A stretch of DNA of 64,000 bases from the human T2T-CHM13v2.0 reference genome, Homo sapiens, in the NCBI RefSeq assembly GCF_009914755.1, contig NC_060936.1; one strand, written 5' to 3'. The notes below the pieces were generated by a model. It was given only the letters and a program-made list of their open reading frames with translations, was not told the DNA's origin and did not search any database. This document shows, in pieces, positions 27,625 through 40,689 of the stretch. The translations under genes were made by a program, and so were the position numbers. The stretch's first letter is position 1. Every line of letters starts with the position of its first letter.

Positions 27625-27895
27625 TTTTGTTTTGTTAAGAGTCAAGGTCTCACTTACTCTGTCACCTGGGCTGGAGTGTAGTGATGCCTTCATAGGTCAC
27701 TGCAGCCTCAATCTGCTGGGCTCAAGGGATCCTCCCAACAACAGGTGCATGCCACCACACCCAGCTAGTTTTTTTAATTTTTGTAGAGACAGTGTCTCAC
27801 TTTATTGCCCAGGCTAGTCTTGAACTCCTGGCTTCAAGCTATCCTCCCACCTCGGCCCTGCAAAGTGCTGGATTACTGGATTACCATGCCCAGCC
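27625..27895 (-). mobile_element. AluJ with internal deletions
   Basis: Antisense Alu. Confidence 0.85.
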
Positions 27896-27997
27896 TCCAG
27901 AGTTCTTACAAGGAGGCAGGCACTAGGCTGAACGTCCCCTCTAACTCTCAGATTAGGTAATTTCACAAGTAATTTCTTGCAAAGGTAAGAAAGACTC

Positions 27998-28585
<588 letters not shown>

Positions 28586-28757
28586 TCAGACACCACTGCA
28601 GCTTACCTGGGAGTAGAGAGGAAAGGCAGCCCCACCTGCCTTGCTACACATCTTACCTGCTGGTGTGAACAGAACAAGGAAGAAAGACACACCCCCCAAC
28701 ACCTCCCACCAAGGTAGGGTTTCAGATCATAACAGCAGTATTAAAAGTGACCAGCTA

Positions 28758-29088
<331 letters not shown>

Positions 29089-30859
29089 TCATTTCAGCTG
29101 CCCTGGGTCGGGGAGAGGGGTCGGGTGGGAAGGTGGGGATAGGTAGGCAGTTTGGAAGCAGATCGCCCTCCCCTACTCACTCACCAACACCTTCCCTCCA
29201 CGTATGCACAGCGGAAGACCTTAACCTCCTCTATCCCCAGGTGAACAAACAGGCAAGTTGGAGAGCAGACGGTGGTACCAGCAGCAGGAACAGCAGATCA
29301 ATCAAATTGTCTTCACCAGAAAGCCTAGATCAGGTGCCCGGAAAGAAAGCATCCGTCAAGGGGTAGAACATTGGCCTTCAAGGAGCGTCCAGTAGGCCCT
29401 GGAAGGTCCTAGCTCCATGGAACAGAACATCTCTATCTGTTGAGCATTTTCTGTGTGTCTGATAGTAATGACAATAATAGCTGGCATGTATTCAGTCCAT
29501 GCCTGGTTTAAGCCTCATAGAACTTCTGTAAGGCGATTGAGGTGACCCTCTTTTTATTTCAGATAAGAAACCTGGGGCTCAGAGAGGCAGAATGTCTCTT
29601 CCAATTAGCAGGCCTGCCTGGCTTCAAAGCTCCTGCCCTCCCTACTCTGCTACCCAGCATTCTGTGACTCCCATAATCCTCCCAAAACCTCCAAGGGTGC
29701 TTTTATGCCCACTTCACAGGTGCAGAAACAGAGGTCCAGAGAGGCAAAGTCACTTGCCCAAAGACCCACAAGAGCTGAGCTGGCCCTCAGCCCGGTTCCA
29801 TCTGATCTCCAGTCCTGGGGCTTCCCCTCACCTGTGGCCTCCCTGAGCAAGAACCTGAAGGAGACAGAGTGTGGTACACAGGCTCATTTCTGGTTCAGGG
29901 GACAGTGTGTGCGGTAGCAGGAGAAGCCTCCAGGCCCATCGTAGAAAGGCATAGCCCCCCGCCTCTCTTTCTCTGCAGCCTGGGGAAAATCTCACTTCCT
30001 ATAGGGGCTGCTGCTCTAGCCAATTAATCTCCACATTTCTCCTTCTAAATGTAAATGGCAGGTGAGTGGGATGTTATGGGTTTTGGAAAAATAAAAAGCA
30101 ACACAAAAGTAATTTGTGTTCAATTTGCGTGCAGCTCTTGACAAAAGCCCCAAAGAGACAAGGACTCCCCAGCCCTAAGTTCCATTCTGGGCCTCCACCT
30201 TGGAGGGTGGGGAGGGCTCAGTGAGGAATGAACGGGTTCTTCACATCTCACGACTTCTGGGAAGGACAGCCTCCCCCGCCCAGCGCCCCACCCTCCTTCT
30301 CCTCCCCTCACCTCTCCTTTGTCTCTCTCCCTCCCTAACCTCTCCTCCCTTTCCCAGCTCTCTGCTTCTCTCTCTCCCCAACCCCCAGAACTCCGCTGGT
30401 GCACTGCACCGAGAGGCAATTTATAAAGCAGATGTTTACTGCAAGGTTTTACATGAGCTTGGTGCCTCGCCAAACGTTATAGTAATTGGAGGCTGCGTTT
30501 AATTACTGATCAACGTAAAGTTAGGAAGAGACAGGCTTGGAAAATGCCTCTGGTCTAGACTTTCCTCTCTGCCTCCAAGAAGGCAAGAGCTCCTGAGCCG
30601 AGGCCTGAGTAGCAGCAAGAATTAGTAAAACAGGCTTGCGAGTAGCTACTGGCCCACTGGGCTCTAGGAAATGGCACTGGGGAGAAGAGACCAGATTTTG
30701 CTATAACCATTCCTCTTCTTGCTAGTTCATTATTGATGCCTTCTTTGTGCCAGAACTGTGTTGGGCACTGGGGTCACAGGGATTAATGAATTTCTCCCAA
30801 TGCCTGGGCCAGGTGATTTACATACATTATTGTTCAACATAAGACAGGTATGCTAGCCA

Positions 30860-31236
30860 GGCTCTAAGTCCAGAAGTGATAGCTTGTGACTTCCAAGGCT
30901 AAGTCATTACAGACACCGCAGCCTCTGTCTTGTTCTCTTAGATCATTTGCTCCAGGGGAAGCCAGCCACCATATCATGAGGACACTCAGGCAGCCCTGTG
31001 GGGAGATCCACGTGGGGATGAACTGAGGAGCCACCTTGAGGATTGGATCCCCCAGCTCAGTCAAGCCTTCAGATGGCTGCAGTCCTGGCCGACATCATAA
31101 CTGCAACTTCACGAGGGATACCAAACAAAAGCCATCCAGCTATGCCACTCCCAGGTTCCTGACTCACAGAAACTATGAATGCTAAATATTTATTGTGTTA
31201 ACTCACTGCATTTTAGAATAATAGGTAACTAATACA
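30860..31236 (+). mobile_element. MaLR LTR (MLT1F-like)
   Basis: ggggaagccagccaccatatcatgaggacactcaggcagccct...caagccttcagatggctgcag...taactaataca. Confidence 0.8.
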
Positions 31237-31367
31237 ATAGCCATGGAAAAGAAGGAAATACAAGGAAGCCTGATAAGTAGGAAACACAAATAAATATGGC
31301 AAGAAAGAGTCCAGCCATATAGTTATGTAATTATTTAATAGATATATACATATAAAAGATAGATTGA

Positions 31368-31507
31368 GGCAAGGTGCAGTGGCTCATACCTGTAATCCCG
31401 ACAGTTTGACAGGCCAAGGCAAGAGGATCAGTTGAGGCCAGGAGTTCAAGACCAGCCTGGGCAATATAGCAAGACCCCATCTCTACTAAAAATAAATTGT
31501 TAAAAAA
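31368..31507 (+). mobile_element. Alu left monomer (FLAM_C-like)
   Basis: Single monomer with A-tail, followed by AT/GATA-rich sequence. Confidence 0.85.
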
Positions 31508-31659
31508 GATAGATAGATAGAGATAAATATGGTCATAGATATATATGAATGTAGATATGGATACAGATATTTTGATATATTGATATATATTTTATATATG
31601 ATATTATAACAATATAATCACAATAAATGTGAATGAGTTAAATTCATCAATTAAAAAAT

Positions 31660-31960
31660 ATTATTTCATTCTTTCCTCACAATAACCCCAGGAGATAAAC
31701 ATTATTATATCCACTTTACAGGTGAAAAAATTGAGGCTCAGAATGGGAAAGAAACTTGCCCAAGGTCTCCGAACTCAAAAATGGTAAGGTTGTGATTCAA
31801 ACCCGGGTCCTTCTGAATACAAAGCCCGGAGACTCTAATACCACACTGTCTTGCTATTTCCTTGTGATAGAAGAGGAAACTGAGACTCAGAAAGGGTGAG
31901 TGACTTGCTTAGGGTCACATCTCAAGGCATTGCAAAGCTGGAGTCAGAGCCAGGCACCTC
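31660..31960 (-). mobile_element. Two MIRs
   Basis: ccactttacaggtgaaaaaattgaggctcag and gaggaaactgagactcag. Confidence 0.8.
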
Positions 31961-32494
31961 ACTCATTGTCTGGTGTCTGCCCAGTGACCTTTGGAGCTCT
32001 GCCATCAATGCACAAGCATCTCAGGGGTCTTCTGTCTTTGTAGCTGTTTAAGATGGCTGGGGACCCTTGACTGTGGTCAGAGAGATGCTGTAGAGTCAGA
32101 TGGTGGGGCCTCCTCAGGGGAGGACACCAGCACAAAGCAACGTGCAGGAGTGCAGGGTGGGGGTGGCTCGATGCATTGAGCTGAACTCCGGTAATTACAT
32201 CAAGGCCAGAAGCATAATTTGTATCTGGGTGATGAATGTCTGTGTTTTCGGGCCTGATTGCCCTATTTACATTTGGAATTTGCTGATCTATTATTAATGT
32301 TTCCTGGAGGCCAGGGTGACGGGTATGTGCAGCTGGGGAGCCACCTTCCCCCCGATCCAGGGAATATTAGTTCTTAGGCTCTAGCTACTCCAAGCACCAT
32401 TTACCTGCTCCTTGTGTAACCCTGACCTTCATGGGGCTCTCTTGGACCAAATGGCATGGGGCTACCTGAGATGAGATTTCCCAACCTCTTACAG

Positions 32495-32715
32495 ACCTGT
32501 GCATGCACACTCAGATGTACGTATGTGGCAGGCACGGTAATTGCATACTCACACACTCACACCTATGTATATACATACCTACCTCCTTATCTACCCTTAC
32601 GCACCCTCACACAAACATGCACCTACATGAAATGCATATGCATGTGCATGCAAACACTCATGTGTACATGTGCACACACATACAGCATGCACACACACCA
32701 TCACATGCACCGACC
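32495..32715. repeat. CA/TG-rich low-complexity tract
   Basis: Degenerate cacatgca repeats. Confidence 0.8.
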
Positions 32716-32754
32716 ATGTTGAGAACAACACAGCAGCTTGCCATGGTCTCCCAG

Positions 32755-33010
32755 CCAGAGTGGTGATGGTCAAGTCCATGAACCATGGGCCCAGATGGTT
32801 AGCATTTGAATCCCAACTCTGCCACTTACCAGCTGTGTGATCTTAAGCAAGTTACTTCACCTCTTTGTGCTCTGTTTCCCTCTATGTAAAATGAGGATGA
32901 TAACCTTATTCATCTCATAAGATTGTTGTGAGGAAGTAGTGAGCTAATGAAACACCCTTGCCTAATGCGTGGTAAGCACTGGATATGTATTTGCAATGTC
33001 GTTATTAATT
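32755..33010 (+). mobile_element. MIR, near full length
   Basis: ttgaatcccaactctgccacttaccagctgtgtgatcttaagcaagttacttcacctc. Confidence 0.9.
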
Positions 33011-34221
33011 TTATTGCTTATGTTCCTGAAACATAGTAGACTCTGAGTCATTTTGTTGAAGGGATGGTTAAACACACCCTTCCAAGTTCAGGTACACAGT
33101 CCCACTGTCCCTTCCCCAACATTTCTGCTTCTTCATTTCTTCAACCCCTCCTGAGGTCAAGCTCCACAGCCTCTTCTGAAGCCCCTCCTGTCTGTTCACC
33201 CCTCTGTGTCTACCTCAAGGCTTCAGACCAGACGGAACTATAGAAAGAGCACTGGAGTTGGAGTCCCCAGACTAAGAATCAGACCATGGCTCTGCCACTT
33301 GCCAGCAGCATGACCCTGGCCCTGCAGTTCTAAGACTCAGTTTCATGATCTAGGCCATGGGGTAATGATAGAAATTACCTTAAGAAACAACCACCAATGG
33401 ATGGCTACTGGTGGAGGGATGGATAGGCAGTGTAGGGATGAGCATGTATATTCCCTGGCCAGGCTGGGCCCTGCTGGGGGCTGTTTGTGGAGGGGAGTGA
33501 CTACACTGTCATGCAAATGAGTATGCAAATTATATGCTCACATGTGCATGGGCACCCACATCCTTATAGGGGCACCTTCACACAGACATGTGCCTACAAG
33601 GGAATGCATGTGTGAATATGCAAACACACATGATGCAGCCACACCGGAAGTGCCAGGACTTGGAGGAGATGGTGCTATGTGACCTTGCCTGAGTCTCCAT
33701 ACCTCTCTGAGCCTCCATTTTCTTTGTTTGTTAAATACGATGAGCTGCACCTGGCCCATGTTTAATTGTGTTGAGGACTGAATAGACAATGACCGGTAAT
33801 TCTGATCATGGTGCTTAGTATACAGTAAGCACTTAATACGTGGCAGCTATGATGAGCTTCTTCATTTGCGAAGTCTCAGGCTGGAAGGAGTGCTCTCTGA
33901 GACCCCCACCAACTCCAAGGTCCTGTGAGTCTGTGGTTTTCGTCCCCCAATCCCTTAGAGTTTGTCAGCCATCTAGACTGGAGGGCCCTTGTGTAGTTTC
34001 CAGAAACTGGCTCCCAAAAGTTGATTCTGCCATTCTTTTCCTATGCTGGAATCTCTGGCCTGTGGCAACTCTAAGAGTTATGCTGGTGGACCCAGTGACA
34101 GATGAGGAAACTGAGGCCCTGGGTGAGGCAAGAGTCACCAAGGCCAGCCCAGAGCTGGAGGTGGGACGGACATTGGAACCTAGACTACTGGTTACCCCGG
34201 GCTGGGCTTCTGCAGGCAGCA

Positions 34222-34533
34222 CTTTTTTTTTTTTGAGACAGAGTCTCACTCTGTCACCCACGCTGGAGTGCAGTGGCGCGATCTCGGCTCACTGCATCCT
34301 CTGCCTCCTGGGTTCAAGCGATTCTCCTGCCTCAGCCTCCTGAGTAGCTGGAACTACAGGTGCATGCGACCACGCCCAGCTTTTTTTTTTTTTTTTTTTT
34401 TTTTTTGTATTTTTAGTAGAGATGGGGTTTCACCATGTTGGCCAAGATGGTCTTAATCTCCTGACCTCAGGTGATCCACCTGCCTCAGCTTCCCAAAGTG
34501 CTGGGATTACAAGCACAAGCCACTGCACCTGGC
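34222..34533 (-). mobile_element. AluS
   Basis: Antisense dimer with an expanded T linker. Confidence 0.95.
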
Positions 34534-35627
34534 CTGCAGCCAGCATTTTTGCAGCCTTCTCTGTGCAGAGAAGAAGCTGGGCGTGTTGGCTTAGTCTGAG
34601 TGTCCTACTTCAAGATGTGACCCATCTCAGGGTCACCAAGCCCTAAGCAGTGCTCCCCACCACACACACAGACACAAATCAAATACATTGTACGTGAAGA
34701 CCCCATAACAGGAATAGGCACTACCCTGTGTTGAGTACTCACTACATAGAAGCACTTCCCACCTGTTTCATCTCATCCTCATGTGTAGGAACCTGAGGCA
34801 AGGAACGCGTTCAAGGACACACAGGTCAGAAATAACAGAGTTGGAACTTGAACCTGGGTCCTCTTGACTCCAGAGTCTCTGCCTTTAACTTTGATGCTCC
34901 AATGTCTCCCCAGTGAAGTCAAGCAGAGAAAATGGGTTTGCAAACTGCAACAGGCAGGGCCGACCTGGGATCAGAGGCCTTGATTGCTCCTGGGTTTGGG
35001 GGGTGGGGGAGTAGGAAGAGGTGCCTGGCCTAGAGGCTGCAGTAGCAAGAACCACCCACTGCGCCCTCCAGAAAGGGGCCCCCGTTTTCTTGTGATGCCA
35101 GGGAAGGTCGGGCAGTGAGCACATTAAATAAGGCCATAAATTTGTCATGAAGACTGGAAATGAACAGGGCTTATCATTTATGGATGGAATAATTAAGCCA
35201 CTGCTTTTGGTGGCTTTGCCGAGGGCTGTGCCTGGACTCCAGGCATCGCCAGCAACCAAGTCAGGGACCCCTTGGGGGATTTCACTGTCATCCCCCGAAA
35301 CCCCAGCATCTCACACCAGACACTGAGGAGACTCCACCAGCGGCCAGAACAGCCACCTACTCAGTCAGTACAGACCTCCCGGGCTGCATGAGGTCATAAA
35401 AACCCTGACCAATCCCAGGGAGACCCCTCTCTCAAACTCTGCCCATGGAGGGGTTGCCCACCTCCTTAGATAGACGTGGTGGACCTGGCTTCCTAGAACA
35501 AAAAGAGGCCCCTGGTATGGTAGAAAGTGTGAAGCATTTAGACCACCCTGGGTTCAAATCTTGGCTCTCTCATGCTCCAGCTGTGTGCCTCTGGGCCAGT
35601 CACTTCACCTCTCTGAGCCACCTCTCA

Positions 35628-35966
<339 letters not shown>

Positions 35967-36819
35967 TTAGTGTTGTATGAGTTATGTGGAGGATCGAGTT
36001 AAATCATAGCTATGAAGTGCCTAGTGAGGATCAGGCATCTTGTAAGTGCTCTACAAATCCAGCATGTCATTTCTTTCACCCAACAGAGTTCTCAGGCAGG
36101 ACTAGAAGGCTCAGAGAGGCAAGGAGACTCAAATGAGGAAACACAGCAAGTGAGCAAAAAGTGGTGCCTACTTCCTTCCCCTGGAGTTCCCTGTCATCTA
36201 TCATGCATGGTAGAGGGCTCAGCTCATTCCCCAAGAAAAGACTGAGTTCCAGTCCCCTCCCTGCTCCCAGCTACGGCAGGTCCGTGGAGGAGAAAGGGAG
36301 GTCATTGTACAGGTGATTGTAGCCACTAATATTTCCAGAGCTCTTGCAGTGGGGTAAGAGCTATCCTAGGTGCTCTGCACTTGTGATTTCATTTTATTCT
36401 CCAAACAACACTTTGAAGTGGGAACCATTATCATCCCCATTTTAGAGGTGAAGAAATGGAACTCACACCCAGATCCTTGACCTGAGTCACTTAGCCAAGA
36501 TGTGGAATTTGTGTGTGATTTCCTGGGTCCCAGCAATGTCAGGCTTGGGGGAGCATAGCAAATTAAGACTATTTGGATTCTGCCGGCACATTCCAGATTT
36601 CCAGCTTTGCTATTCCATGTTCTTGAGTGGGTTCAAGCCCTTTTTTTACAGATTGGGAGACTGAGGTCCAGCCATTGAGGCAGAGCCTTAGAGCTTGCCC
36701 ACTAGTTCTCCAGGGCCTGTCCCATCAGTGGCAGACACCAAGGCTGATGCAATCAGAGAGGCCTCTGCCACCTGCCTTGGGGAAAGGTCTGGACCCTCCT
36801 TGCATCCCCACCCCACCCA

Positions 36820-37160
36820 CTCTCCATCACTATGGCAACCATGCAGGTGAGCCTCATCACTGCTAATCCTCTAATTACCAGCCACCTCTTCAATCGGCTG
36901 TAATTACTTTGGGGACACAGTTAACCTCTCATTAGGAACGCACGGCCGCTTTCTCCAAAAGCACAGCAGTGACATGCCTAGTAATTTACCGCCCCGGCTC
37001 GCAGGGCCGCTTTGTATTTAACTCGGGCGCCATTGCATCCCTGTCATTACTCCAGCCCGGTTGTCATGACGATTAATCATTCAATCCCTCATCAGCAACT
37101 TTTGCCAAATGTCACCCTGCTCTTGATCAAAATCCATCCTGCAGCCCGACACTGGGGGAC
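36820..37160. promoter_or_regulatory. Candidate conserved enhancer
   Basis: Repeat-free, locally CpG-rich, with clustered TAATTA/TAATCC/GATTAATC motifs and an RFX-like site. Confidence 0.45.
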
Positions 37161-37589
37161 TAATGACTTGGAAATAGGCTTCCCCATTCCTGAGAGCTTT
37201 TCCCCAAGACTCCTTTTCAGCTCCTTCCAGGAAAGGGAAAGAAAAATGTGAGCTCAGTGTGAAGCGGGGTGAAGGGGGGTGGTGAGGGTGGCAGAAAAAT
37301 TAGCAGGTGTTGAGTGCTTACTCTGTGCTAGGCACCTGAGGGACATCCATGCACCTAACCCTAATGGCAACACATTTCCTAGAAGGGAAAATTGAGGCTC
37401 AGGGAAGCTGAGTGGCTTGCCAACAAGGAAGTATAGAGAGAGTCTTCCTTAGATCTCTCTGATTCCCAAGCTGGGCTGTTTTGACCAGACCTCAAGAATC
37501 TTGACTATCACCAATTATCAAGGATCCTGGAATGCCAGAGTTTGGGACAGCCCAGTTTAATGGGCCAGAAATTAGCTGGCCCATAAAAT

Positions 37590-37760
37590 CCAGGGCAAAA
37601 AGCATTAGAGACAAACCTGGGAACTTTATGATAAGGAGCCCAATCCAGGATGAACAGATAACTGTCGTGAATACCTATGTCCCAAACAACATGGCAGCAA
37701 CATCTGGCAAACAGCAACCTCAGAATCCAGATGAAGAAATAGGCTGAAACATATTGGTAA
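37590..37760 (+). mobile_element. Old L1 ORF2 endonuclease-domain fragment
   Basis: Translation RDKPGNFMIRSPIQDEQITVVNTYVPN resembles L1 ORF2 RDKEGHYIMVKGSIQQEELTILNIYAPN. Confidence 0.75.
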
Positions 37761-37774
37761 TAATGCCATAAAAT

Positions 37775-37926
37775 TATCTAGACTAAGATTCTTGACCTGG
37801 GGTCCTTGGAGCTTCATGATGGACTTTGGTGGCCCATGAGCCCCCTGAGAATCACGCTACATTTTGATTGGATGTATGTGCATTTTTCTAGGAAGATGCT
37901 ACAGAAAATGGTAAGAACTGCTCTAG
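37775..37926. mobile_element. hAT-Charlie element (MER103-like)
   Basis: ttcttgacctggggtcc...catgagccccctga...gtgcatttttctagg; related copy at 45890-46060. Confidence 0.55.
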
Positions 37927-38639
37927 CACATTTCTCTCATCTTTCCCCGTATCCCTATTTTATAGAAGGGAATACTGAGGCCCAGGTAGGGGCCATGGCT
38001 TGTGCAAAGTTCCACAGCAATTCAGGGTGGAAACCCCAGGTCCAAGCAGGGATGAACTCTTTCTCAGATGCCTAGAGCAGCCAAGTAGGGCTGGGCAGGC
38101 TGTGCAGTGCACAACCCCAGGGGCCTTCATGAAGACATTGATGTGCATGACACTCTCCTCGATGGGTTCTGCTAGATCAAGGGGAAGAATTTTTTCTCCT
38201 TCACAGTGGCTGCCAGCCCCCCAGGTCCGCAGACTTCTAAGGAAGACCAGCCCCCAGTCCTGCTAAAGGAATCTTTCCTAGGCCCCTCCCAGGGAACGTT
38301 CCTGCTGGCTGGGCCGCCAGCATGTGTGAGACATAATTACAGCACGTTGTAAATGGCATTAACAGACTGTCACAGCAGCCACATGGTATTAGCAAATGGC
38401 TCTGTCTTCATCAGGCAGTCCCCGCAGCCCCCGGGATAGAGCACTTCCCAAGGGGTCTTCTTCCAGGTCCAGGCTGCATAAGCCTCCTGGTGGGGGACTA
38501 GGGGTGGGGGCAATGATTCAACTAACAGAGACCTGGCGGTTCTCCAAGGCTTTCTGAGGTCTCAGCAAAAAGCTGAGTAAAAAGTTAGGAAATCTGATTT
38601 GTAAACCTAGTTCAGCAGCAAACTTTCTGTGGGGGACAA

Positions 38640-38860
38640 ACTAACCTTTATCAGGCAGCTACTTATGTGCCAGGTGTTCTAGAATGTAATCTTATTTAAA
38701 CCTCATAACAACAGCTAAACAATTATATTCACCTTGCTTTACTGAGGCTCAGAGGGGAAAGGTCGCTTGTCCAAGTCCCTTCAGCTAATAAGTGGCAGGT
38801 GTAGGATTCAAACCAAGGTTTGATGCCTTCAGAACCTGGGCTTTTCCATATATCATGTGG
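38640..38860 (-). mobile_element. MIR
   Basis: actgaggctcagagggg...cttgtccaag...ggattcaaacc. Confidence 0.8.
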
Positions 38861-39660
38861 CTTCTTTGGAAAATTCTTTGATCCGTTTTCTGACAATAGA
38901 ATCTATAGCCTTGAGGGTAATTGTCTAAAGCTGCCAGCCCACTGGAAAGTCACCAGCCCCTGAGCTCTACTTAATGGGGCTTCCATGGGAGCAACATAGT
39001 AACAATATGGTAATAATTGAGATAATAACAATTGTTAAATGTTTCCATACAGTTTATCCTATGATTCTTTGTAACAAACCTATGAAGAAAAAGGAACAAG
39101 TAGTCCTATTTGAGAGAGTTGAATACTAAGGTCCAGAGGGGGAAAGGAACTTCCTCAAAGCTCCACAGTAAGTCTGTGGTGGAGCCAGGATGAATTCCCC
39201 TTGTGTCCTAATTCTCAGTCCTGTTGTTTTCCCACAAGCCACTGAGAAAGGTGTCCATAGGGCTGCGTCTGGAGACTGAGCAGGAGAGCATTCATTCTTC
39301 CGGGTGCTTCCTGCCCTCCCACCTGCCCAGTGGGCACCAGTGATTTATGCTTTATCTGGGAGGCCTCCAGGCTGCAGGCAGCAGGATAGGCTGCTTCCCG
39401 ACTGGTAAGCAAATCCCCCGCTGAGCAGGTCATATTTTATCCGGGCCACCACCTGCCAGCTCATTTGCTTACGGATACAGGTGCTTCATCAGGAAGGAAT
39501 TAACGATTACTTAGCCCAGAGACCCCGGCAGATAGAGAGCAAGCCTGGGCCACAGCTGGGGTGGGAAACCAGGAACCTGTCTGTGAGGTCTCTATCTCCT
39601 CCCAGACCCTTAGCCTGATCTGGAACCAAAGGATAAGTAGGAGTCAAGGATAGAAGGAGG

Positions 39661-39957
39661 GGCCAGGTGCAGTTGCTTGCTCACACCTGTAATCTTAGCA
39701 CTTTGGGAGACCAAGGTGGGAGGATCCCTTGACCCCAGGAGTTTGAGATCAGCCTGGACAACATGGCAAACCCCATCTCTACTAAAAATACAAAAATAGT
39801 TGGGTATGGTGGCGCACACCTGTGATCCCAGCTACTCGGGAGGCTGAGGCTCAAACCCAGGAGGTGGAGATTGCAGTGAGCTGAGACTATACCACTGTAC
39901 TCCAGCTTGGGAGACAGAGCAAGACTCTGTCTGAAAAAAAAAAAAGAAATAAAAAAA
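39661..39957 (+). mobile_element. Alu (J/S)
   Basis: Dimer with a small deletion; TSD aaggatagaaggag. Confidence 0.9.
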
Positions 39958-40354
39958 GGATAGAAGGAGAAACCTACCTGCTTTGGAGGAAGCTGATCCC
40001 CTGCTCCCAACCCCATCCACATTCTACCAGTTCTTCAGAGTTTGGTGCCAATAACCCCATTCTTGGCAGCCTTCCAAGATCTTCTGCTTACCTTACCAAA
40101 AATAATACTATAGTAAATTGAACAGTCCCAGATTGTTTATTGGTGCCTAGTACTTTATAAACATTGCCTCATTTAATCCAGACCAACAAATACGAGGCAT
40201 TTTTAAATTCCTATTTTACATATAAGGAAATTGAAGCTCAGATTAAGCAACTTGTCCAAGGTCACACAATGAGTAAAGGGCAGGGCCTACGCTTCTCTGA
40301 TTTCAGATCTCCATTCTAAGCAGGATGTACTGCCCCACCCAGCCTGTTCCCTGA

Positions 40355-40688
<334 letters not shown>

Positions 40689-40689
40689 T

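Noticed and set aside
37532-37747. ORF with endonuclease-like motif as a domesticated gene
   Set aside because: Only about 35 aa of degenerate L1 ORF2 similarity; a normal old L1 relic.
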